From: Eukaryota sp. GEM-RC1 | Taxonomy: Eukaryota | Direction: 5' to 3' | Length of the DNA stretch: 64,000 nucleotides | Assembly: GCA_040285855.1 (NCBI GenBank) | Contig: JAUFOQ010000016.1 | Coordinates: forward strand, 310,001-374,000 | Shown here: positions 50,226 to 61,683 of the stretch, one piece after another | Numbering within the stretch: the stretch's first letter is position 1 | Layout of the letters: each line of letters begins with the position of its first letter | Notes under the pieces: generated by a model | Databases searched by the model: none | Told to the model about the DNA's origin: nothing | What the model saw: only the letters and a program-made list of their open reading frames with translations | Program-made: the position numbers and the translations under genes

Positions 50226-51087
50226 ATGACTTCTAACCCAGTAAAGCATCAATATATATTGGCTGAGAATGCCAAGAAGAAACTCACCCCAGATGAATTC
50301 TCTGCTCTGTTTGGTGGAGTACCTTCTTCGGAAGGGTTAGGGAAACTCCCCCTCCCAAAGAGCAAGGGCTCCTCGAAAAGAACCAAGCGAAAGCCCCAGC
50401 CTGCCAAGCCGGAAATATCCGACTTTGCCGTTCATCCTCCCCCTCGGTGTTTTCTCTCCCATAAGTGACTTGGACACTTCCAAATCCTCTCCTGAAACGG
50501 ATGGAGGTACTCCCAACATCTCTCCAGCAATGGATTCGAGAACTTTCCAGATCAAACCTCCCTCTAACAAAGGCAAGAAGGTTGAGAAGAAGTTGGGTAA
50601 GACAAAGCCCGTCTCAAGGTCCAAATCCAGACCCAAGGCTAGTTCCCCCATGTTCCGTATGCTGACGAGTACGGCAGCTAACAGTCTGATCAACAAGTAC
50701 ATCCCATCACATGATGCTGATGAGCTCTCTCTGACAGACCTCCATGTTACTGACCCGGAAAGTAGCAGTCCATCTCTAATGGAAGTTAGTCCAGCTTCTC
50801 TAGTAGACGTCAGTTCTGACGACGGACTCCCTCCCCCTCCCTCCAAGTCGGTTTCCAATGAAACAGGTGATAAAATGATCGAGCGCCTCATTCGAGAAAA
50901 TCATGAGTTGAAGCTCTCAATGATGAAACTGATCAGCGAAGTCAGGGCTGATAAGAAGAAAACTCCCTTACATCCAGTTCCTGCTCCGATTACCCCTCAG
51001 AAAAAGACCAAAGGTGGTAGCATCCAGACTATCGGCACTGATGATCAGTTGCCAAGCATAGCTCTGCCATCAGCCTTATGTCTATAA
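50226..51087 (+). CDS. Uncharacterised low-complexity Pro/Ser/Lys-rich protein with short coiled coil (two overlapping ORFs; possibly a retroelement ORF1/gag fragment)
   Basis: GC-richer coding-like segment between transposon remnants; no recognised domain. Confidence 0.4.
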
Positions 51088-51187
51088 AAATTTTAAAATA
51101 AATTGCAAGTGTTTTACGAAACGTTTCGGCGTTTCCGACGTTTGCGTTCCCGATACGTTTCAAAACCGTTAGTTACTGTGTGGAAAC

Positions 51188-52008
51188 CATACTTGGAAAA
51201 TACAACTACTGTATTTTTTTGTATTTTCTCAGACTCGATAAATACTGTATTTTCGGTATTTTTATGGCTAAAATGGTACCAGAACAGTTTTTGGATAAAG
51301 ATGTACTGTTCAATTCTCTCCACTGCTACGTGTTGGTCGGAATTTTGAACCATACTAGACACCAATTGGTCAAAAGAACGAAATGTGCTTCACACCCAAC
51401 ATTTGATAGTTCTCTAGACCTGCAATTTGCATCAACTTTACAAAACAGGTAACACTAGTGTTTAACTTTTTATAACTACAAATGGAGGTATGAGTATGCA
51501 CAAATACTAGTAGAATGATCAAAAATCTCATGTTGATGTACTCCTTCTCGAGAACGAAGCTGTTCTTGATGATGACAATGAAGATAGCATATGCAAATGT
51601 GTTTTCTTGGAATAGAAATTGCAAGTACAGTAGTTCTTCTTGATGAATATATTATCTGTTGTTGTCACAAACTCGTCTGATGATGAAAATAACCCAATCC
51701 TCTTGGTTTATTTTTGGGGAATCTCAACCTTTGGAATGGTTGAAGAAGTGTGTTGGAAAGGCAGCTTCTCAGAAAAGATGGCAAACTAAATAATGGCTTC
51801 CTGGTATTTGCTCAGGTATTTTTGATGTTTTGTAATGTTTAGTTTGGCTGTGAAACCCATATAATTTTAGTCATTGACATTTTTAAATAGAACAAGTTCT
51901 CTCCATGACTTTTGCCAAAAATGTCTAAGGTCGAGTTATTTTGTATTTTTTTGTATTTTCTGTATTTTGTTTCCAGGGAGTGGCTGTAATTTCCAAGTAC
52001 ATTGTATG
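51188..52008. mobile_element. hAT-type non-autonomous element (same TIR family as 40828)
   Basis: Perfect 8-bp TSD GTGGAAAC (51180-51187, 52009-52016); right TIR carries a 7-nt insertion. Confidence 0.9.
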
Positions 52009-53098
52009 GTGGAAACGCACCCGAAACGTCAATAAACGCTTCCACATTGATAATTACTGTTAATTTGTTGAAAAGTATGTTCCAAGCCAGCTTGTAAAAA
52101 ACGTTCAAAAAGAGCAGCAGAGTTCAACTATTTCAACTTTTCACTTTTTTCTCACTTCATTTTCATCAACCAAATCTTTCATACCAGCTATGTTCTTTTG
52201 AGATTAAAAGGAGAACATCATCGAGATGAAGTAAAGTGGTCATCTAACGATGGTCACATGGACAGGGTGAGAAGATAACAAGGTGTATGCAACAAGAACA
52301 CTGTTCCAGTGTACTCGAAGGTCGTTTCACTCAGATACAGAACCAAAGAGCATAAACTGTACCAGTAGTAGTAACACCAACAAATGCTCTTCCCTTGTTT
52401 CAGTCTTGTTTGGTCAGAAACAACATACCTGAAATAACACCTGTCATGTTAAGACAAAAGTGGAGTAGAAATTCGTGCTTTTTGAATCAATCCAGAATAT
52501 AAAAAAAGTTGACAACAACAATTTTTAGGTATTTTTCAAAATACGTTTTAAACGTTTTTTATTAACTGACAAGCCTGAAAGACAGTGTTGGTGTTAACAC
52601 GCGTGTTCACACGATGTCTTTGATGTGTCTTTTTGAAAATAAGTTTCTGATACACTGTGTAGAGTTTGATAATATAAACAGTGTTTTGGGCCAATTCTTG
52701 CCTTTATCTGACATCTCATCACAGAATCTTGGATTCTTTGGTTCTGTTGAGTTGAATTGATGTTTGAGAACTCATTATGTCAGATTTTTTACCACTATTT
52801 GCCGTGCAGTCTATTGTGTTATAACATATAGAAAAACATTCAAGTCAAGCAGTACCGAGGGAAATAAATGGGTACTTTCGAAGATCCCTGGGTCATTACA
52901 TAGCCTCTCTCCACTGGTAGAGGTACCTACAGTCAACATGAGATCATAATGGGAAGACTCTCCTACCCTTGTAAAAATGGATTGTTGTTGATGTAGGTTC
53001 CCTCAAAAAATATGTAAATTGAACACATATCTAGTTTATAATCACAAAGAAGAGATGTATAGAAATTAATTCTATAAATGGTCTTCATCCATGTCAAC

Positions 53099-54580
53099 TA
53101 GGGGTGGGCAAAAGTTAACCCACTAAAGTCAAACTAAACTAATGACGCACCAAAGTGAAATGGTAAATTCATTAGTTGCACTAACACTAAACTAACAAGT
53201 AATTAGTCCGGTGAAAACCGATGTCAGATTCCTTTAGTCGGGTGAAAACTAAACTAAATTGAATTTTGGTGCACTAAACCTAAAGTTAGTGTCAATTAAC
53301 GTACGTTAACCTAAAATTGTATATTTTGTAATTGCATGTATTTGTTCAAACAAAAACTTAATCATCTGTTCTTCAAACAACTAATAAGATCACACTAAAA
53401 CCAATAATGAATCATCTTCAACTACATTGTACAATATCGATCATCTCCTCGTCTCAATTTCCATTGTCCAACCACAATTTCAAACACAATTGACTTCTAA
53501 CTTTTGTGGCGGAAGGACAACTTCTCTTACGCGATACTAAGTTACCAGCACTGGCAAAGACACGTGCACATGGTACAGAGGTAGGTTGGATTCAATTTGA
53601 GGGGCTTTTTTGAGAGAAGAGCTATCGGGATTAGTGTCAGACTCAACTTCCATGAAACGAGACTTTTTAGAAGATGAAAAATTCATTGAACTAGTTGTTT
53701 ATGAGGTAAAGAAGATGTAAGACATCTGATTTAGAAGATCAAAATTATAAGATTAGTGACTCATCATTACAATGTAAAAACAAATTATCGATAGTTTAAT
53801 TTGAGTTAACCCAGGCCCTCTCATAAGATAATATAAAATAATTTGAACATCCAAAAATGCCAAAAATAAATGTGAAATAAATATAATTAAAACAACATAA
53901 AAACCAAATAAAAACAAAATATTGTATTAGTACATCTAATCTGAGTCACTATCGATGAATACACAATCCATTTGATCATCCCTTTTTGTCGAAATCGGTT
54001 AGTTGCCTTTCTGCTTCGTATAAGTACTCTAACTGTGTCATCGTGGACGACTATGAGCATTGTTCACTCCCGGTTATAGTCGTTGGATTGGCTTCGAACT
54101 CAGGTAAAGGCTCGACTGCATCAGTTAGGTTCGACATAGAAATGGCAAAGTTTGAGGGAAATGTCTCAACTTTGATTTTTGGCTGAGCTTGATTATGTTC
54201 ACACATCATGTTTCAAGTCAATCAACAACCTTGAGTACTAAGTAAACTCATGCATTAAACAGATCAATGAAGTTTACTTTGCAGCATTTTATTTATATTT
54301 ATTTATATTTTGTTTTACTTTGTTTTATTTGCATGATCGCCAAAAAGGTGCAAAAATAAATATAAATAGAAATAAATACTAGTAGAAATAAATAGAATTT
54401 ATATTTATTTATGAGGAGCCCTGAGTAAACCCACACTAAATGTCTTTAGTCGGGTGAAAACTAAATTCTTATTTTATTAGTCACACCTTAGTGAAACCAA
54501 AGTATGTGCACCAATTGGTGCACCAAAGTTAACTTTTAGTACCGGGTTAACCTACAAAGTTGACTTTGTGCCCACCCCAA
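53099..54580 (-). mobile_element. Internally deleted hAT element
   Basis: TIRs TAGGGGTGGGCA / TGCCCACCCCAA; TSD ATGTCAAC (53091-53098, 54581-54588); QPTSVPCARVFASAG dimerisation remnant; empty site at ~33977. Confidence 0.92.
53812..54423. mobile_element. Nested hAT-type MITE
   Basis: Ends CAGGCCCTCTCATAA / TTATGAGGAGCCCTG; TSD AGTTAACC / AGTAAACC (7 of 8 match). Confidence 0.75.
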
Positions 54581-54738
54581 ATGTCAACACTTCCTGCATT
54601 AACGTAGGAATTGTTGGAACTGCTAGTTATTAGACTGCAGTCTCTGAATCTCATAGCAATGTTTAACGGTAGAATTTATGACGTTGGTAAATGTTGAAAT
54701 CTCACATTGGGTCACCATGTTGAAAATAGTGACGGTTT

Positions 54739-56444
54739 CAGTGTTGTCAAATGCGCACTTTTTCCAGAAATGAAATGCGTAAAAATGCGCCAAATGCGCG
54801 CATTTCTGTGCATTTTGATTTCGAACTTGAGACACCCCATAAATAAAAAATCTTTTTCGTCATACTGATACATAACGTAGGTGTCCCAATACAAGCAACT
54901 TTATATTTTATACAAGCAAACACTTTTGTTTGCTTGTATTGGGACCCTATTATACGGTGAAGTGACGAAACCTTTGTTTTCAATATATTACAGGACCACA
55001 TGCCCTATTTCGTAATGCTACTTGTACACTGTATTATAAATAAAGCAACAATATATAACAATACATCAATATGCCACATGCTTTAATAACAGTATTTTAA
55101 TATGTTCTACAAATACACAACACAGAACAAAAAAAACGGATTTATGTGCGGAGAAAAACACATAATAAGATAAGTACAAATAAATAAACACTATTAAAAC
55201 AAATTATCAAACGAACTACCTAATTCCGAAAAGTAGTTGCCTCCAAACAACTTGGACAAAATGGAATCAACATATCTATACACAGAACATGTATTTGTCT
55301 GTATAGGAGCAAAGTTCTATTGATAGGGACTCTATTGCCTATTGTTTCCAATTGGATTTTGATACGCCCTTTTGTCCTTCTGATTGTTTAAATTTCAAAC
55401 AATACAATAACTCCATCGAGTTCTTCGGACAAAAATCTGCAACAACATTTAAGCACCCAAGTGGACACTATGAAGTTCGTCCACAGCTCCATACGTTGTA
55501 ATACATTTTAATACACTTTGTATAGAAGTACAACTCGCTCGACATCCGGAACGCATGAAAAGAATACAAGCAAACACTTTTACTTGCTTGTATTGGAGTC
55601 TTGCTTGTATTGGAACCTTGCTTGTATTGGGACACCTATGATATACTCGTAATTCTCTATATTCCATATCCGTTTCGAGATGTATCAAAATCCCACATCA
55701 TTTGGCATCACGCTACAATTGTATACCAACCTCCTTCCAAAGGTTCTTTTGTATCAGAAGCTACAGTTCATTGTCATCATTGTGTCCACCAGTCCGTCAC
55801 TGGAACTAATCGTTTGAAACAACACTTTGTACCGGGGACGACGTAAGGTTTTCTTGTTCAAAACTGTGTTCAGAACTCGTTGAAAGTCTTTAAGCTGAGT
55901 TGAGAGCTCGAAAACGCACATCCTCTTCTCATTGACTAATCTCATTAAACAACTGTTACTGTTGATCACATACTCTATACAGAAAATGTGTTTCAACTTT
56001 AAGGACAAACAGTGGACGTTGGTGTCTTAATAAATGGTCTTTAAACCATATTTCATTCAGTATTTTATACAATATTAACCGTTTATGGTTTTGTATCGAT
56101 TTGCGAAATATGGGTAAAACAGACTTTTGATCAAAAGTTTTGGTTGAATCCCACTAACTTCACACAATTTAAACCAATTCACGTTGTGATATCAAAAGAA
56201 TGTTCATTGAATTGTATACAATACAACTTTGCGTTTGTCCAACGAAAGAGGTACTGCAAAACACTGTTTTGAGATCAACATCACTGTTATTGTTTGTAGA
56301 GACTTATACAGAAGCACAACAAAAAAAATTCAAAATACAAATCTCAAAGTCAAAATGCGCAAGATCACAAAATCCCAAATGCGTAAAGGCGTCAAATGCG
56401 CGCATTGGACGCATTTGGCGCATTTCTGAAAATTGATAACACTG
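54739..56444. mobile_element. hAT-like element with ATGCG subterminal repeats, containing nested inserts
   Basis: TIRs CAGTGTTGTCAA / TTGATAACACTG; flanks GACGGTTT / GATAATTT (degenerate). Confidence 0.65.
54878..55638. mobile_element. Nested MITE, itself containing a non-LTR 3' fragment at ~55125-55285
   Basis: 21-bp TIRs TAGGTGTCCCAATACAAGCAA / TTGCTTGTATTGGGACACCTA. Confidence 0.8.
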
Positions 56445-57075
56445 GATAATTTATTATAGTTGGTCAAAAGAACACTACCAGTACTTGTACTGTACGTGCG
56501 TACGTACAGTACAATACGCCTAAAATCGTCGCGCAACGGAACATTTGCGTTCCATGCATGTGACACAATGTCTTTTAAAAAGCACGTAGGGAATTTCGAA
56601 TACTGGTTTCTAGTATCCGATTCACTGATGTGGACAGCGAAATACACTGTATTAGAAACCAAAATTTCCAGGGTCTGTTTCTAAAGTGTGGAGCAATAAG
56701 TTCTCCCCCTTTGTTGAGAAATACTGTGAAGAAAGACCAACAGCTAAGCGGCAAGTATAATACAGTGATATGTGGTGTGAGTTCTCTATATCTGAATAGT
56801 TCGATGTGGGGCGATGTGTTGTCAGCACATCATCAATTGGAGTCAATTGTGATATGTACACACATTTCTAGCGGTTGTTTATGTGAAACAATCTTTGATG
56901 CTCAAAATTATACAACAATTCCCCCCAAAGTGCACTGAACCATTCGAAATGCTGCTGTAAACAGAGTGGTAAATTACAATGTTTTACAATTGATGCTATA
57001 AGGGGATGCAAAACTGTTTGAAACACACTTTACTAAGAAAACACAACACTTCCACAATGAGGGAGTAAAAAAAGG

Positions 57076-60000
57076 TCAATGTCTATTGCAGCCTATGGGT
57101 AAAGGATTAGCATACAAAGAGCCATCTCTGAAGCCGAGACGATTGTTTGCGTTACTTCCCCAACCTACGGAAGATCCATTTTCAAAAGTAGCAATAACGT
57201 GAGAATGCCCCACAGTAACGGTCTTTACATTTGATAAATCTCGAACTCGAATAGGGGAGTGAACATTTTCAGTAGATTCACTTCTTAATTGGTGGTTTGA
57301 ATTATGACCCATTCCATACAGTCTAGCATCAACCGAAATAAGTAGGATAAATGTTGTTCTCGTGTGGAGACTCTTCGCCACAAATCCTTCAGTTTCTACA
57401 AGGTATGGGCGAGTTTGACTCACAGCTGACCCAATTCCTAGTTGTCCTTCAGCGTTTCTTCCCCAAGAGTAGAGCACACCAGACGCAGTTAAAGCATAGC
57501 TTGACTCCTCCCCAGCAGCTATGTCAATCACATTTGTTAATCCCAGCACATGAATAGGTGAATGGCGATTAGAAGTGGTTGCATCACCCAATTGACCGTG
57601 ATTATTTCGACCAAAACTGTAAACTGTTGAAAATTCTGTTAAGAACATTGAATGACTGACACCGAGAGAAACTTTTTGAATTGGAATGTTGTTTGGCATG
57701 GATAAGGCCGTGGGAATGTTTCTGTTAGAAGTATGGCCCAGACCCAACTCACCATAGGGGTTCAAACCCCACGTCCAAACAAAACCAGATGACAGCGCAG
57801 CATAATGCGTGTTTCCCGAGTAAACGTGTTGGACATTAGATACAACAGAAAGAGCTCGTGGTGTATCATAAGCACGATCGGTTCTGGGTGCTCCAATGTG
57901 ATGACTGCCTCGACCCGCTACACTGACAGAACCATCATTGAACAGAATAAAAGAGGACCAACTTCCTAATGCCACCTCTTTGACGGTAGTATAAGATAGA
58001 GGAGACCTGGGATACAAATAGGAACCGTGAGTACCGCAGGTTCCACCAAAGGTACATCGATCCCCTCTACCACCAGCCAGTTCACCATTGCTTCCAGCTC
58101 CCCAAGACCATAAACGTCCATTTTTGATCGCCATGCCGTGTCTATATCTTCCCAAAGAATACAAATCAGCATATTTCACGTCACTCGCCACATAAGTAGA
58201 TCCTGCCTGTGACAGAGCGACAACTGAATCATCTTTTGTTAGTGTAATGTCATAGAAGTTGAACTCACTTCGAGAGTCAACACCTACTGAAACAGTTTCA
58301 TCATCAATAAACTCAATCACAGCAGCTCTCAATGCTTCTCGTCGTTGGGTAGAGGACTCTGGATTAGTAACTTCTAGACACAAGAATTCGTGTTGGATAA
58401 TATCAAGGCGGTATTTGTTTAACAAATCAGAGGCAAAAAGAACAACAACTTGTAACTGATCTGAGATGTCACCATGAGAAACATGAACATCATAAACAGT
58501 GTCTTGATGTGTAGCAACAACTCCAATAGACACCTCTGCATCTGCTGTAACTTCCAATGCTCTGTTTCTGATAGCAGTGATCTTGGCAGAAGTCGTAGTT
58601 GCTGATGGTAGGTTTTCGAACTTGTGCGCCTCTAAAAGAAGAACTGCTTTGGCAACTCTACCTGTACTGGACCATACAAACTGCAGAGCAGAAAAAACCA
58701 ACAGTCGTTCAGCATCAGCTTTAGTAATGACACATTGAAAAGCTGAGTGGATTTGATTAAACGAGACTTCAAAGTCGACATCATACCCACTTAAAATACT
58801 AGCAATATAGTTCTTCAACACTGCTTCATGTTCGTCTTGATCGCTGAGATCGTCAACTTCCAAAGATGAAGGCATCCCACCTTCAACAACTTCATAAGCA
58901 TCTTGAACAGCTTGGCCATCTGCAGATAGTACAAATGAAGTTGTGACTAAAACAACTTGTATCGCTCCTGCTTTGGATATTTCAATTTCCATTCTAAACC
59001 AAATGTCCTCTGAAGCTACTCTGCTACTGGTTCCATACTGCCGAGTAACGTCCTGAACAATGTTCAACACGGCAGCTTGTCTGATACTGGAATCATCGAC
59101 ATTAGATACAACAATATTTGAAAATCCATGATTATCGATTGCTGTGATTGCATCTCGAACATCATTGGCTTCTTGACTGAGTACAAAAGTAACAGGAACA
59201 TCAGTAAAGTCTGTAGCTTCGGCATAGGTAAGGCGAATACGGAAGGTGTCTTCATTGAGATAAAGAACTTGAATAGATCCAGGAAAACTCGATACTGCTT
59301 CTTCAACATGTTTCTTCACCGCATTTTGTTGTTGAGTTATACTGTCAATAATGTGCACTGGTAGATCAGTCATTTCTGTAACTCTAATAACGACAAGGCC
59401 TTCTTCAATTGCTTGAGCTTGATGAGATAACACATAGGTTGGGAGAATGACATGCTCCCTAGTTAATGGAGGTAGAGACAGAACAACATTGAAGCCGGTA
59501 GCAATTCTGATAAGCTGAAAGTCGACAGTAATCAGTGATTGAATCAGTCTTTCAACACCTAGCATTTGCTCTTCTTGACTGTTCAGTACATGAACTGGTA
59601 CATTATCAAAGGATGCTTCTTCAAGAACAGTAACAGCTAACGACATTTGTTGGCCAATGTCACTAAGTCCAAATTGAGGGTTTACCAAAATAGATTCAGT
59701 TACACCTCTTATATTTAGTGACACTTCAAAACCATTGCCACTTCTGGTCACAGTCAAAGCAACTCCATCAAAGAAATCGAAAGAGTCAAGACAATTGGTA
59801 ACATAGAGAGTTAAAGCGGTCAGGAGAAAGTTTTCATCATCAAGGTCATGGCTTTCAATACCAACAAAGGACTGTTGTTCCAAGGACATTATTAAGCTAG
59901 CCAGTTTCCCTTCATCATTAGTAGTGAATGTAGCATTAATCATTAGAGATTGTCTAGTCCAAGGTCGATTGACTACCTGTAAAGCATACATTTGTCGAGT

Positions 60001-61469
60001 AGAGGAATATTGAAGGAGATCAATTCTAAATCCACGGAATTCCACCAAAATATCTTCAATTATATGCCGAAGAGCAGATAGAGTCAAGTCAGAATCTTTT
60101 GGGTCAAACACTGGAATATTTGAATATTGACCACCTGATAACTGATCACCTACAGCTTTAGAACCAATGTGATCAGCAACAATGAGTCCAACAATTACCA
60201 AAAGCAAGGCAGACAAACAAAAGACTAGTGTAAGTGCAGATCTTTACATACATATGAGTTTCCATGGGATGGGTTTAACGACTGCGGGTGGTTCAGGTCT
60301 GAGGGTGGGTACAACTTTGTGGTCTTCAAGGGCTATATCAGAGCTCGGAAACAGTGGTGGTAAGGAGAGATCGAGATACAAGTCACCAGAGTCAACTAGA
60401 GGAGCAGATGGCATAACACCACCATTAGCAGCACAGAATTCATCAATGGCCTCAAATATTTGGGATTTTACATCACTAATGGAAGGACGTCTCTGAGCAT
60501 GAGGATCAAGCATTCCTGCAATTAAGGACAGTATCTGACCATGAAGGCCGGCATCACGAAGGCTACTGATGGTTCTAGTACCGAAGTTTGGAATGACTCT
60601 TTGAGGGTCACAATTCAGAATTAAACCTGTTATAAGCACCCCAATCGAATATATATCACTTGCAAGAGATGCTTTGACATTTGAGTTGCGAATAAGTTCA
60701 GGAGGAAGGTAAGTCTCGGTCCCAATGCCTCTAGCTTTGATGGTTGCGGTCAGAGTAGTTTGGGAAGGAAGATGGAGCTCTAAATCAGCAAGTTTTGCAC
60801 ACAAAATGTGGGATTCATCCTCCAAAAGCAGAACATTTCCTGAAATGAGTCACGAGAAGAGATCATACCACTAGATATATCTCGATGAACGATGCCTTCG
60901 CTATGAAGGGCATACAGACCATTGAGAACGCCCTTTACTATCCGTTTGATCTCATTTTGGTTGAACATGTATGCAGTGTCGAACTTGTCCTGCACAGAAC
61001 AAGTCATTTCTTCCATAACGAGACCAGGGGGAGAAAGAGTCACACCAAACACTCTAACGATGTTCTCCGGAAACTCAAGTTGTTGAAGAAGGGAGTACTG
61101 ACTCTTGAGGCTTTTGGCAATGGTACTAGATTCACAAGAAGCACGGGGCTGCTTCCAAACAACATCGTTGTCTTGGTATGAGGCTTTGAAAAGGTCACAA
61201 TTGGGATGTCGACGGATCTCTAGCAAATTTAGAAGCTCGTTCGGCTCGATAATGTTTGGGGTGTCGAGCTCGTCAATGAGTTGCTGCAGGACTATGTTTG
61301 GATACAACTCATTGCGCTTGGCCGCACTGTTACACGTAGGACACTTACTTGACCGTAAAAGCAAGGTTTCAACACACGATCTACAAAAGGAATGTCCACA
61401 TGGCAGCGATACAGGATTTTGAAGGACACCACGATGAAGAGTGCACACAATTGACGACAACTTAGACAT
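57076..61469 (-). CDS. RING - protein kinase - single TM - ~8 stalk repeats - RCC1 beta-propeller; predicted type II receptor-like kinase, copy B (~1445 aa); introns 60840-60868 and 60225-60251
   Basis: Removing the two GT-AG introns leaves a 4338-nt open frame; RING CTLH..CGHSFCRSC..CPTC; kinase VVWK, HRDISSGN, ADLE, YLPPE, SDIYSIG; TM LIFFCLSALLLVIVGLIVA; RCC1 WGxNxxGQLG repeats. Confidence 0.88.
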
Positions 61470-61683
61470 TGAGAGAAAATCCTGCCTTCTTGATTCTGTC
61501 AATTTGAAATGATGAACAACTCAGAACCATTCGCCACCAGTTCATGTGTAACACCATTGAGTAGCTCGCTCATGGTACGTACAAATTATCTGTTATGGGT
61601 GTAGTTTTACAGGCTTTGTAAAACAGAATTGTGTGATATAACAATCGATGTGGAGTTACCACATATTATATTTATATTCTAAT

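Noticed and set aside
57076..60216. Stand-alone secreted RCC1 protein with a signal peptide, as implied by the ORF track
   Set aside because: Start is TTG, not ATG; a conserved in-frame 27-nt intron links it to the kinase, making the hydrophobic stretch an internal TM
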